Assembly: GCF_006345805.1 (NCBI RefSeq)
Contig: NC_042998.1
Location: 194,308,001 to 194,372,000 of the forward strand
DNA from: Octopus sinensis
Taxonomy: Eukaryota
Direction of reading: 5' to 3'
Length of the DNA stretch: 64,000 bases
Position 1 is the stretch's first letter. The number at the start of each line of letters is the position of its first letter. The notes beneath the pieces are model-generated. The model saw only the letters and a list, made by a program, of their open reading frames with translations. It did no database searches and had not been told where the DNA came from. Made by a program: the position numbers and the translations under genes. Positions 54,701 to 60,823 of this stretch are shown here, in pieces.

Positions 54701-57700
54701 AGATTCTCGACCCCATGTCAAATTTATCGATCTTTTTCAGAACTGGGGGAACTTTTCAAAGTTTTCGCTGCGTTAGTTTTGAATTATGACATTGGGCTAT
54801 GTGTGTGTCAAGTTTCATCAGAATCGGTTGAAAGCCGTGGTCAGGGTGAGGGTACAACCTGACAGACACACAGACAGACAAACTGCCGTTTATATATAGA
54901 GAGATAGATTATTGCTATGACTATCAGTGTAACGTGCTAAATTTGGTCCCTTTTGTCTAAAGAATAGGGGACTGAGTTTTAATATCCACTTATCCACTTG
55001 AAATCTGATATTATCTTGTTGACTTTGTATTTGACATTATTTACCTTTCACAGAATTCAGTTCTATGAACATGAAAACCAGTGGAAGAAAGCCATTGTTT
55101 CTTATGATATTCTAATGACTGAACCAGAACCAACTGTGCAGCTGGGCATGCTCAAGGTAAGGAAGTAGGATTTATATTCTTATCTATTTCTTTACTACCC
55201 ACAAGGGGCTAAACATAGAGGGGACAAACAAGGACAGACAAAGGGATTAAGTCGATTACATCGACCCCAGTGCATAACTGGTACTTAATTTATCGACCCC
55301 GAAAGGAAGAACGGCAAAGTCGACCTTGGCGTAGTTTGAACTCAGAACGTAACAACAGATGAAATACCTATTTCTTTACTACCCACAAGGGGTTAAACAT
55401 AGTGTGGACAAACAAGGACAAAGGGACTAAGTCGATTACATCGACCCCAGTGCGTAACTGGTACTTAATTTATCGACCCCGAAAGGAAGAACGGCAAAGT
55501 CGACCTTGGCGTAGTTTGAACTCAGAACGTAACAACAGATGAAATACCTATTTCTTTACTACCCACAAGGGGCTAAACATAGAGGGGACAAACAAGGACA
55601 GACAAAGGGATTAAGTTGATTACATCGACCCCAGTGCGTAACTGGTACTAAATTTATCGACCCCGAAAGGAAGAACGGCAAAGTCGACCTTGGCGTAGTT
55701 TGAACTCAGAACGTAACAACAGATGAAATACTTATTTCTTTACTACCCACAAGGGGCTAAACATAGAGGGGACAAACAAGGACAGACATAGGTATTAAGT
55801 CGATTACATCGACCCCAGTGCGTAACTGGTACTTAATTTATCGATACCCGAAAGGAAGAACGGCAAAGTCGACCTTGGCGTAGTTTGAACTCAGAACGTA
55901 ACAACAGATGAAATACCTATTTCTTTACTACCCACAAGGGGCTAAACATAGTGTGGACAAACAAGGACAGACATAGGGATTAAGTCGATTACATCGACCC
56001 CAGTGCGTAACTGGTACTTAATTTATCGACCCCGAAAGGAAGAACGGCAAAGTCGACCTTGGCGTAGTTTGAACTCAGAACGTAACAACAGATGAAATAC
56101 CTATTTATTTACTACCCACAAGGGGCTAAACATAGAGGGGACAAACAAGGACAGACAAAGGGATTAAGTCGATTACATCGACCCCAGTGCGTAACTGGTA
56201 CTTAATTTATCGACCCCGAAAGGATGAAAGGCAAAGTCGACCTTGGCGTAGTTTGAACTCAGAACGTAACAACAGATGAAATACCTATTTCTTTACTACC
56301 CACAAGGGGCTAAACATAGAGGGGACAAACAAGGACAGACAAAGGGATTAAGTCGATTACATCGACCCCAGTGCATAACTGGTACTCAATTTATCAACCC
56401 CAAAAGGATGAAAAGCAAAGTCAACCTCGGCGGAATTTGAACTCAGAACGTAATGGCAGACGAAATACGGCTACGCATTTCGCCCGGCGTGCTTACGTTT
56501 CTGCCAGCTTGCCACCTAGGATTAATATTCTTATCATCGACATTATCCATGGCTGTGTTCAAAGATGGGCATCACAGTCATTATCATAACATTGCATATT
56601 AAGGGCTGGATGTTCCCTGTGCCATATCACTTGTACAGTTTAAGAGATGAACACAAATAATTTCCTTTTAATTTTCATGCTAATAAATTTTAACTAAATC
56701 TGAAAATTTAAACAATATGAATTGTTGATCCACTTATAGGAACTTAGACACCCATCTCTGAACACTCACTCTTGGTTTTAAGTTAGAAAAACCTTGTTGG
56801 CATGTTTTTCTCTCAGCTATATAGGGAAGTGACAATAATATAGTATCATTTATTTATGCCATTGACAGTCATTGCATAAATGTGGACTGAACCACATTTT
56901 GGGCACCTACCTCAATAAACTGGACAGTTCCATCTCCCCTGAACTGCAAGAATTACAGTATGAAGCTGCCTGGAGGACAGCGCAGTGGAACCTAGATGTA
57001 CCTACTAGGTAAGTTGTTTTCTTTAATTTTTTTTTTCTGTCTATATTGGAATAATCTAAGAGTTTTCTTGAAAGTATGCCTATGGTCTCAAAATGGAAAA
57101 TTCTTTGTCAGTATTGAGATTGTTGATTGTGAATACCTGTACAGCTACACACACACACACACACACATGCACACACATGCACACACATTTCTCTTTTCCT
57201 ACAGTTCAGTACCCTCCAGAGAGTTATCTTTACTATATATTGTCAGACTCACCCTCTTCATCATGTAATCAGAACTTCTTAGAAATATATGTTTCTCTTA
57301 TATTTTTCCAGGTTAAGCACCAGCTGGGACTTCCACAAATCTTTGTACGCTGCAATGACCTATCTGTCACGCAACCAGGAGGAACCAGCTTTAGAAGCAG
57401 TACACTTTGCAAAGTAAGAACATGTTTTTGTTGTTTGTGTTGATGCTTGGTCCCAGCTCCACTCCTTCAAGTTGGCCTTAATTGAGCTGATCAATGACTT
57501 TCCATCATGGATTACACCTATTTCTTTACTACCCACAAGGGGCTAAACACAGAGAGGACAAACAAGGACAGACAAACGGATTAAGTCGATTATATCGATC
57601 CCAGTGTGTAACTGGTACTTTATTTATCGACCTCGAAAGGATGAAAGGCAAAGTTGACCTCGGCGGAATTTGAACTCAGAACGTAACGGCAGACGAAATA

Positions 57701-60700
57701 CCTATTTCTTTACTATCCACAAGAGGCTAAACACAGAGAGGACAAACAAGGACAGACAAACGGATTATGTCGATTATATCGACCCCAGTGTGTAACTGGT
57801 ACTTTATTTATCGACCTCGAAAGGATGAAAGGCAAAGTCGACCTCGGCGGAATTTGAACTCAGAACGTAACGGCAGACGAAATACCTATTTCTTTACTAT
57901 CCACAAGAGGCTAAACACAGAGAGGACAAACAAGGACAGACAAACGGATTAAGTCGATTATATCGACCCCAGTGTGTAACTGGTACTTTATTTATCGACC
58001 TCGAAAGGATGAAAGGCAAAGTCAACCTCGGCGGAATTTGAACTCAGAACGTAACGGCAGACGAATACCTATTTCTTTACTATCCACAAGAGGCTAAACA
58101 CAGAGAGGACAACAAGGACAGACAAACGGATTAAGTCGATTATATCGACCCCAGTGTGTAACTGGTACTTTATTTATCGACCTCGAAAGGATGAAAGGCA
58201 AAGTCGACCTCGGCGGAATTTGAACTCAGAACGTAACGGCAGACGAAATACGGCTTCGCATTTCACCCGGCATACTAACGTTGCTGCCAGCTCGCCGCTG
58301 GAGTACTCACTTCTTCAACAAGTTATCACATTTCATGTCATTATAGGTTTGTACACATGTAAAGAGGCATAGGTTGTGGCTACAGCAAGCACCAGTTCCC
58401 CAATTTTTACTCAAATCAGCCTACATATAGTTGCTTAGTCTTCTAAAAGTAGCAGCTAAATCTCTCTCAAATCATGTGCTACTGTCTTCCTAGGTGCACT
58501 TTGCCTTGAAGAAAAATATAATGGTTTAACTGGAGTGCATTTTATGTGACAGTTCTGCTCAATCAAGACTAACCTGGGATTAAACAACAATAAAAATATT
58601 TGTGTGATATGGTGCAGAGTCCTGTTGCCAGACATAGGGTCTTCCAGCAGCCACCCTCTTGACCCAGGGCAGCACTGCCTCATCCAGGCACTTGATGTAG
58701 GCCTCTGTGTTGAGTCTGATGTCATGTGGGAAGATGAGTGGAGGTATAATATTGCCATCACTTGTGATCACTCCAAACACCATGATGTTGACTGGATGTT
58801 TGATTTTTATCAATCTTGGTACATTTTTCAGGGACATGGCAAGCCAACAGTTGTTCTGTGTGTTCACCATCTTATTCTGGCAGAAATTTCTTGTGTCTGA
58901 GAAGAACCAAAGCATGTTCGGTTGGAAGGGATGCTTGAGTTTGTTCAAAAGCTTTGTAGCATAGTCTTTCCTCTTGTCCTTGATGGCTTGGGATAAAAAT
59001 TGGCCCTTTCTCATCTTGTATGTGGAATATCAAATGTCTTCATGCACTACCTGCCTGATAAGAAATTCAAACACTCCCATGTCCCTGGCAATGGACCTGA
59101 TTGACTTGGAAGGATCATTGTCAATCCTAGCCTGGATCTCACCAATAAATTCAGGAGTTATTTTCTTAACAGAACGATCAGAGTGAATTTCCTGAGTTGC
59201 CATTACTTTTGTGATCTCCAATTAGACTCATCCGATTCTTTCCGAATCCTCTGCACTGTCCTCAGATTGACCACCCAAACACTCTGAAATGTTCATATTG
59301 AATCTTCCAGCATGAATGCCAAGTAGTACATGTCGTTTCCAAATTTCTGGCAGAGTGAATTGTGTCATGGTGCCGTTTTTCTCACAGACGGTGCCCAACT
59401 GACCCTACTATACTGTGTAGTCAACAAAATCAAAAACAAGCAATGCCCATGCATGAAATTAAAAATATAAAATGATGACAATTTACCCATTGCATCTTGT
59501 ATATGTGTGTGTAAATGGTGTGATTCTCTGATTCTCTTTTTCTTTCAGGTTATCTGTGATGAGGACATTACGTGAAAGTAGTTTAGAGAGCTGCAGTCCA
59601 TTATATCTTGCCCTCAGTAGACTAGCATGTCTTGCACAGTTAACTGAAATGCTAGAACTGGACAGGGACAGCAACACAAAAAGGTATCAACGTTTCTATG
59701 CACTATTTACGAACAAGTAAACTAATACATATGAATGTGTGTGTGTGTATATAGCATCCCTCAGCCTTATGTACAATAGAATGTGCTTATGGACAAAGGT
59801 GAAAAGCATTTTTTGAAAGGACTGTAAAGTCTGGTCATCAACTGCAGATATTGTGTGTGTGTGAGAGAGAGAGAATAATAAAGTATCAACCCTGGAAAGA
59901 TAAATGGCAAAGTTGACTTTGGTTTGATTATAGATATAGAGTGGTTGGATGTGGGAATAAGGCTATAACAGGATATTATGCAGTGTGTTGAATAGTGAGA
60001 CTGATGCTATTACAGACTTATGTGCATTTTGTAGTATGAAGTGTGTGCCAGGCTATTTTAGTTATAGTGATATTAAAAAAATATTAGGGGTTAGCTAATA
60101 TTATCTTTGAACAAACAAGTGACAGTGTGGTTTTTATATATTTCCATGGTTTCAGCTACTCTTTGCTCAAAAAAAGAATCTCTTTATCAGCAAAGGTAAT
60201 AGGGCATTGATGATATTAATGCTAATAATATCTTGGCACATAAAAAACACTATCCGAGCGTGGCCGTTTGCCAGCCTCGTCTGGCACCTGTGTCGGTGGC
60301 ACATAAAAAGCACCCACTACACCCACAGAGTGGTTGGTGTTAGGAAGGGCATCCAGCCGTAGAAACACTGCCAGATCTGACTGGCCTGGTGCAGCCTTCG
60401 GGCTTCCCAGACCCCAGTTGAACCGTCCAACCCATGCTAGCATGGAAAGCGGACGTTAAACGATGATGATGATGATGAAGCCAAAGATTTTGGTGGGCAG
60501 GGTGTAATTGACTGAATCAACTTTAGTATATGACTGGTACTTATTTTATTGTCCCTCTCCAAACATGAATAGTAACATCGACCTTAAAACATTGACTCAA
60601 ACAATTTTTCTTATATTTCAGCAATAAATTGCACACGCTTCTTGAGAAATGGGAAATACAGCGGCAGATTTGGAGGGCTGACTTTGAGTTTGTGGAGCCA

Positions 60701-60823
60701 GTACAACATCTGTGTTGTGTGTTGCTATCAGTGTGTGGTGAACAACCAGGACATCAACTTGATGGTCTTGCCAGGCAGTACCAGAACCTTATCAAAGCTG
60801 CTTGTCAAGATGGCAAATATGAG
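179..60823 (+). CDS. ATM: Serine-protein kinase ATM, partial multi-exon gene (33 coding exons in window; 5' end and kinase domain outside)
   Basis: Manually spliced exons join in one open frame (5,443 nt). Segments match human ATM as recalled: WLQLMHCLLERHP~WLQIATQLISKYP; IWTKVWDNCLKKIS~LWNKIWCITFRGIS; PNPNPPYY~PAPNPPHF; LDPFP; LGIIGPVD~[37 protein letters not shown]~[43 protein letters not shown]~YRSIGEPDSLYGCG; YEAAWRTAQW~YQAAWRNMQW. Confidence 0.96.
360..808 (-). mobile_element. Solo LTR (Gypsy-like), 449 bp
   Basis: TGTAAC...ACTACA termini, 4-bp TSD ACTG (356-359, 809-812); reverse complement is homologous to the LTR at 27096-27479; AATAAA on minus strand. Confidence 0.88.
880..1510. repeat. 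Degenerate low-complexity CAC/TAC/ACT minisatellite
   Basis: Recurrent cactaactacact-like units. Confidence 0.7.
2436..2540 (+). CDS. ATM: ATM exon CDVTELLLSCLQILASVLTTEYADIWTKVWDNCL(K)
   Basis: taaag acceptor, AA|gtaagt donor; phases consistent. Confidence 0.85.
2832..3489 (+). CDS. ATM: ATM exon KISLQHCQDSNFKLMSTLL...IQNLNTDD
   Basis: ccacag acceptor, in frame with ORF 2875-3507, GAT|gtaagt donor. Confidence 0.9.
3955..4366. mobile_element. Non-autonomous DNA transposon, GG-terminal TIRs, 8-bp TSD (Merlin-like)
   Basis: GGATCTTTTCGG...CCGAAAAGATCC; flanks caagtaat/caagtaac; second copy at 29211-29614. Confidence 0.8.
4706..5038 (+). CDS. ATM: ATM exon NWCIQKASY...IAVVKEQ
   Basis: tttag acceptor, in frame with ORF 4781-5128, CAG|gtaaat donor. 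Confidence 0.88.
5199..5555 (-). repeat. RTE 3'-UTR-derived repeat (family C)
   Basis: Matches the 3' UTR of LINE 44137-47498. Confidence 0.8.
5556..5930 (+). mobile_element. Mariner transposase 3' fragment (degenerate)
   Basis: FHHNAHPH...HLPYSPDISPTDHH matches mariner HHDNARPH...HPPYSPDLSPTDY. Confidence 0.8.
6041..6191 (+). CDS. ATM: ATM exon ILPSSVNRQ...DDIFDEDDD...ESAMK
   Basis: ctccag acceptor, G|gtagtt donor; acidic linker. Confidence 0.85.
6502..6748 (-). mobile_element. tRNA-derived SINE family D
   Basis: Minus strand GGCGCGTGGCTTAGTGGTTAGG A box, B-box-like segment, central CTTGAGCAAAACAC...CCAGTCCACTCAGCTG; fragments near 8255-8520 and 13960-14045. Confidence 0.75.
6998..7320 (+). 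mobile_element. CR1-clade LINE 3' end
   Basis: FFTLRVAEAWNKLPASVV...SFK then 3' UTR and AT-rich tail; inverted copy at 52397-52712. Confidence 0.75.
7510..7688 (+). CDS. ATM: ATM exon (D)AFSQVLSPEE...MKSFHLQM
   Basis: tttcag / ATG|gtaagt; KSFHLQM~KSLHLHM. Confidence 0.9.
7922..8004 (+). CDS. ATM: ATM exon FQTIVSTLCSTHQHLTESNLECLMLTV(R)
   Basis: ttacaag acceptor, AG|gtaaaa donor; phases fit both neighbours. Confidence 0.8.
8683..9098 (+). mobile_element. SINE family B, two-unit form
   Basis: GGTGGCGAGCTGGCAGAA...GAGTTCAAATTC; second unit begins at junction GAAATAG|GTATTTC. Confidence 0.88.
9180..9338 (+). CDS. ATM: ATM exon NIMKQHWRDPAIY...LQLFKII(W)
   Basis: aatag / TG|gtaagt. Confidence 0.88.
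9966..10118 (+). repeat. Family C, (GAT)n tail
   Basis: GGCGTTAGGAAGGGCATCCAGC...GTTAAACGATGATG. Confidence 0.8.
10193..10348 (-). repeat. Family C
   Basis: Inverted relative to 9966-10118. Confidence 0.8.
10502..10577 (+). CDS. ATM: ATM exon SLQGDKKYNTSVRLSLATCLHTFIK
   Basis: gtcag / AAG|gtaggt; KYNTSVRLSLATCL~KYIFSVRMALVNCL. Confidence 0.9.
11030..11190. repeat. 77-bp tandem duplication
   Basis: Units start at 11030 and 11107. Confidence 0.85.
11442..11572 (+). CDS. ATM: ATM exon IDPEGKWAVD...FLTDPCFHIRYFCASNIT(C)
   Basis: ttccag / TG|gtttgt; DPEGKWA~DPYSKWA. Confidence 0.9.
11895..12250 (+). repeat. Family C with subrepeats
   Basis: GTGGCACGTAAAAAGCACC subrepeats and tail. Confidence 0.8.
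12585..12931 (+). repeat. Family C with subrepeats
   Basis: Subrepeats and tail as at 11895. Confidence 0.8.
13330..13441 (+). CDS. ATM: ATM exon LFRTEDKTG...QQESSFREVYKYSEENLTVL
   Basis: ttgcag / CTG|gtaaaa. Confidence 0.88.
13704..13922. mobile_element. piggyBac-type MITE, diverged copy
   Basis: TTAA CCCATTAG...CTAAAGGG TTAA; body similar to 21951-22171. Confidence 0.75.
14085..14360 (+). repeat. Family C
   Basis: Family C core and tail. Confidence 0.8.
15369..15518 (+). CDS. ATM: ATM exon DSNQCVQLSRTSSFLL...CPLYERKAIY...VDFVKK
   Basis: ttacag / AAG|gtgaga; CPLYERKAI~SPICEKQAL. Confidence 0.9.
15848..16268 (-). mobile_element. Non-autonomous Helitron (family H1)
   Basis: Minus strand A|TC...subterminal GC hairpin (cctggcgttgcccggg on +)...CTAG|T; second copy at 54483-54908. 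Confidence 0.8.
16530..16743. mobile_element. Partial copy of the Merlin-like element
   Basis: Matches the right half of 29211-29614, ends gaaaagatcc. Confidence 0.7.
17343..17850 (-). repeat. Family C including RTE ORF2 C-terminal remnants
   Basis: Contains sequence homologous to 44950-45080. Confidence 0.7.
17880..18109 (-). mobile_element. SINE family B monomer
   Basis: Same sequence as array units, with head. Confidence 0.85.
18896..19056 (+). CDS. ATM: ATM exon VLTLSAIRL...HLPFLVNKWL...FPYQLL...DFY(T)
   Basis: ttccag / AC|gtaagt. Confidence 0.92.
19426..19817 (+). mobile_element. tRNA-derived SINE family A (internal TA/TG microsatellite, GAGTAAAA tail)
   Basis: GTGGTAAG A-box remnant, GGTTCAGTCCC B-box-like; copies at 29973, 31859, 61879. 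Confidence 0.85.
19835..20700 (-). mobile_element. RTE derivative: APE endonuclease region joined to a degenerate 3' tail
   Basis: GTLNVGTL...LCCIQEVRW...ISAYVPQ...AGDFNGHVG in ORFs 20235-20627 and 20021-20257. Confidence 0.85.
20913..21168 (+). CDS. ATM: ATM exon KYTSVCLPL...LLVHILPYLA...LQYFTEE
   Basis: ttccag / GAG|gtaagt; LVHILPY~LVNILPY. Confidence 0.92.
21951..22171. mobile_element. piggyBac-type MITE (TTAA|CCCTTTAG...CTAAAGGG|TTAA), 221 bp
   Basis: TIRs and TTAA TSDs seen; relatives at 13704-13922 and 26911-28061. Confidence 0.85.
22964..23043 (+). CDS. ATM: ATM exon DIENCLKKNVSDFIVQLLLCLDEKPD(N)
   Basis: tttcag / AA|gtaagc. Confidence 0.88.
23131..23276. repeat. 146-bp spacerless palindrome (67/73 matches)
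   Basis: Centre ctactaaaa|ttttagtag at 23203/23204; adjacent to (TC)n(TA)n. Confidence 0.95.
24693..25004 (-). mobile_element. tRNA-headed SINE-like element with microsatellite body and hammerhead-containing 3' part
   Basis: Minus strand TAGTGGTTAAG...GAGTTCGATTCC (A/B-box-like), trinucleotide tract, hammerhead at 24743-24786. Confidence 0.7.
24743..24786 (-). ncRNA. Minimal type I hammerhead ribozyme motif (canonical core)
   Basis: ACAC CUGAGGA A GGCUG-loop-CAGCC GAAA C GUU GUGU: stems I and II pair; palindromic ACGU stem III. Confidence 0.8.
25252..25393 (+). CDS. ATM: ATM exon VLTPNPNPPYYKRDVIMTTLQYL...LSLHA
   Basis: tttcag / GCA|gtaagt. Confidence 0.92.
25715..25986 (+). repeat. Family C starting at the ORF2 end
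   Basis: GTGCTTGAGGAGACC...subrepeats...GGACGTTAAACG. Confidence 0.75.
26173..26390 (+). CDS. ATM: ATM exon DHFWKILLL...YHLFVDLLLQE...LGQQIK(V)
   Basis: tttcag / GT|gtaagg; YHLFVDLLL~YHLFVSLLL. Confidence 0.92.
27096..27479 (+). mobile_element. Solo LTR (Gypsy-like), 384 bp, inserted in a TTAA MITE
   Basis: TGTAGT...GTTACA termini, TSD AAAG (27092-27095, 27480-27483), internal AATAAA; homologous to 360-808. Confidence 0.88.
27500..28045 (-). repeat. Family C with about six tandem 61-bp subrepeats
   Basis: Period 61 (27741, 27802). Confidence 0.85.
28405..28828 (-). mobile_element. 3' end of a second RTE family with (TGA)n tail
   Basis: LLYGSETW...FAGHCCR...DREVWR then stop and (TGA)n. Confidence 0.88.
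29211..29614. mobile_element. Merlin-like non-autonomous element, copy 2 (inverted relative to copy 1)
   Basis: Same body and TIRs; perfect 8-bp TSD GGTGTGTG (29203-29210, 29615-29622). Confidence 0.85.
29973..30375 (+). mobile_element. SINE family A, full length
   Basis: GGCGCAGGAGTGGCTGTGTGGTAAG...GAAACAAGTAAAAGAG. Confidence 0.88.
30464..30566 (+). CDS. ATM: ATM exon IQCCNDEKYIEATIELALKLLLQFNFASSTSFSK
   Basis: tttcag / AAG|gtaaca; phase fits neighbours. Confidence 0.8.
30730..30804 (+). CDS. ATM: ATM exon EFSKFLPQIVKTLMPYCCGYTFSHT
   Basis: tttcag / ACA|gtatgt; LPQIVKTLMP~LHVIVGTLIP. Confidence 0.85.
30990..31480 (-). mobile_element. Degenerate RTE ORF2 C-terminal fragment
   Basis: Frames give LATTEWAMERSML and DNRWTYSVVEWCPR. 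Confidence 0.65.
31859..32268 (+). mobile_element. SINE family A
   Basis: Near-identical to 29973-30375. Confidence 0.88.
32455..32895 (-). repeat. Family C
   Basis: Family C core, subrepeats and tail. Confidence 0.8.
32965..33200 (+). mobile_element. RTE 3' fragment with (CAAGT)n tail
   Basis: GGQRKTWLVTVKANL...LASNRQAWSAFVRD. Confidence 0.7.
33603..33755 (+). CDS. ATM: ATM exon VLNLLESMI...LDPFPKSE...KYKCGKFSLQQ
   Basis: ttttag / CAG|gtgagt. Confidence 0.93.
33789..34299 (-). mobile_element. Non-autonomous Helitron (family H2)
   Basis: Minus strand A|TCTATATATATAAAAC...CCCGAGCAACGCCGGG hairpin...CTAG|T. Confidence 0.82.
34981..35113 (+). CDS. ATM: ATM exon EIEWFLKTG...VESLKFLHKQLQKH...LIVQ
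   Basis: ttgtag / G|gtaaca. Confidence 0.9.
35392..36469 (-). mobile_element. Non-autonomous piggyBac deletion derivative (1,078 bp) with transposase N-terminal remnant
   Basis: TTAA TSDs (35388-91, 36470-73), 12-bp TIR CCCTTTCGTTAC; acidic N-terminus and LDYFFLLF...IITAETNRYA motif in ORF 35806-36096. Confidence 0.9.
36862..37200 (-). repeat. Family C
   Basis: Family C core and tail. Confidence 0.8.
37255..37608 (-). mobile_element. Degenerate RTE 3' fragment
   Basis: ILYGNETW...FHQHCLWK...ITW. Confidence 0.65.
38065..38335 (+). CDS. ATM: ATM exon (D)GSEDIVCQLV...LCLGIIGPVD...NQYLVDS(C)
   Basis: cttag / TG|gtgagt. Confidence 0.93.
38392..38630 (-). mobile_element. SINE family A, 3' half (split copy)
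   Basis: Continues at 41088-41263 after about 2.45 kb of inserted DNA. Confidence 0.85.
38723..38926. repeat. Fold-back element, 88-bp arms (86/88 identical) around a 28-bp spacer
   Basis: 38723-38810 versus reverse complement of 38839-38926. Confidence 0.95.
38947..41087 (-). mobile_element. Penelope-like element (Neptune-like), 5'-truncated: RT C-half, Cys linker, GIY-YIG endonuclease, 3' UTR with hammerhead motif
   Basis: GVAMGTRMGP, YGRYIDDI, FLDI, YLNFSSSHP; CSRPRCRTC linker; IIYCISC...LYIGQTGRRLADRFAEH; two frameshifts near 40375 and 40313. Confidence 0.93.
39046..39083 (-). ncRNA. Minimal hammerhead motif in the Penelope 3' UTR (core variant CUGUUGA)
   Basis: UCUUU CUGUUGA A GAGC-GUAG-GCUC GAAA C GUU AAAGA. 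Confidence 0.65.
41088..41263 (-). mobile_element. SINE family A, 5' half (split copy)
   Basis: Head ends ccactcctgcgcct on + strand. Confidence 0.85.
41338..41567 (-). mobile_element. SINE family B monomer
   Basis: Same sequence as array units, with head. Confidence 0.85.
41825..42212 (+). repeat. Family C
   Basis: Family C core and tail. Confidence 0.8.
42426..42555 (+). CDS. ATM: ATM exon MTTVQCAAQVLRSMLSTKAG...FYPFLK
   Basis: ttcag / AAG|gtgaac. Confidence 0.92.
42856..43038 (+). CDS. ATM: ATM exon SKGQVTTKD...LWNPSHSNHSDWIINLTC...PICQVK
   Basis: ttccag / AAG|gtaggt. Confidence 0.93.
43671..44082 (-). repeat. Family C, immediately next to the LINE 3' end
   Basis: Family C core, subrepeats and tail. 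Confidence 0.8.
44137..47498 (-). mobile_element. RTE-clade LINE, 5'-truncated in the APE domain; 686-aa open RT segment and about 810-nt 3' UTR
   Basis: ORF 44947-47007 with QFGF, FVDMEKAFD, GVHQGSVLSPLLF, YADD, LHGSETW; APE C-terminal residues SQIDYIL in 47009-47431; frameshifts near 46990-47010; (ATG/ACG)n tail; candidate TSD CTACTAT (44130-36, 47499-505). Confidence 0.95.
47583..47745 (+). CDS. ATM: ATM exon TEFCELVLPYLVHDICL...TSKST
   Basis: tttcag / G|gtctgt; TEFCELVLPYLVHDI~TDFCQTVLPYLIHDI. Confidence 0.93.
48192..48306 (+). CDS. ATM: ATM exon GNTIKICMNKQSVQKMLNVVQYLRQQPR...SSK(R), predicted GC donor
   Basis: ctgcag acceptor; only AG|gctagt gives the phase needed by the next exon. 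Confidence 0.8.
49078..49308 (+). mobile_element. SINE family B monomer
   Basis: GGCGGCGAGCTGGCAGAAAC...AAAGAAATA. Confidence 0.85.
50401..50541 (+). CDS. ATM: ATM exon [46 protein letters not shown](M)
   Basis: ctacag / AT|gtaagt; start of FAT region. Confidence 0.95.
51117..51410 (-). repeat. Family C
   Basis: Family C core and tail. Confidence 0.78.
52397..52712 (-). mobile_element. CR1-clade LINE 3' end, copy 2
   Basis: Reverse complement of 6998-7320. Confidence 0.75.
52898..53089 (+). CDS. ATM: ATM exon ESQEEKSS...[27 protein letters not shown](R)
   Basis: tttcag / AG|gtaaac. Confidence 0.94.
53307..53705 (-). repeat. Family C
   Basis: Family C core and tail. Confidence 0.8.
54104..54481 (-). 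mobile_element. Non-autonomous Helitron with H2-like ends, hairpin partly deleted
   Basis: Ends resemble 33789-34299 (tagcagtatc...ctcgggtttg; acacagacaacttcaacttttatatatata). Confidence 0.6.
54483..54908 (-). mobile_element. Non-autonomous Helitron H1, copy 2, hairpin deleted
   Basis: Collinear with 15848-16268 except a 10-bp deletion in the hairpin. Confidence 0.8.
55054..55156 (+). CDS. ATM: ATM exon IQFYEHENQWKKAIVSYDI...LGMLK
   Basis: tcacag / AAG|gtaagg; YEHENQWKKA~YEHEAMWGKA. Confidence 0.94.
55185..56516 (-). repeat. Tandem array of tRNA-derived SINE (family B): six truncated units of about 184 bp plus one unit with head
   Basis: Unit starts at 55185, 55369, 55549, 55733, 55918, 56102, 56286; 19-bp TSD taggatt(t/a)atattcttatc. 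Confidence 0.93.
56869..57008 (+). CDS. ATM: ATM exon SLHKCGLNHILGTYL...PELQELQYEAAWRTAQWNLDVPT(R)
   Basis: tgacag / AG|gtaagt. Confidence 0.95.
57312..57413 (+). CDS. ATM: ATM exon LSTSWDFHKSLYAAMTYL...VHFA(K)
   Basis: ttccag / AA|gtaaga; FHKSLY~YHESLY. Confidence 0.92.
57519..58297 (-). repeat. Tandem array of SINE family B, four units
   Basis: Unit starts at 57519, 57703, 57887, 58070; the last unit carries the tRNA-like head. Confidence 0.93.
58575..59500 (-). mobile_element. Tc1/mariner superfamily element (maT/DD37D-like), degenerate, 3'-truncated
   Basis: WFFSD...VMVFGVITSDG-like...QQDSAPYH catalytic segment; ORFs 58580-59014 and 59030-59221; putative TIR near 59470-59500. Confidence 0.82.
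59549..59683 (+). CDS. ATM: ATM exon LSVMRTLRESSLESCSPLYLALSRL...SNTK(S)
   Basis: tttcag / AG|gtatca; SLESCSPLYLALSRL~SLESVYSLYPTLSRL. Confidence 0.92.
60230..60478 (+). repeat. Family C
   Basis: Family C core and tail. Confidence 0.8.
60622..60823 (+). CDS. ATM: ATM exon NKLHTLLEKW...ADFEFVEPV...QDGKYE
   Basis: tttcag / GAG|gtaaaa; DFEFVEP~DFSFQEP. Confidence 0.92.

Noticed and set aside
55185-58297. Regular arrays resembling a CRISPR locus
   Set aside because: Units are contiguous near-identical SINE copies with no unique spacers; eukaryotic intron, no cas genes.
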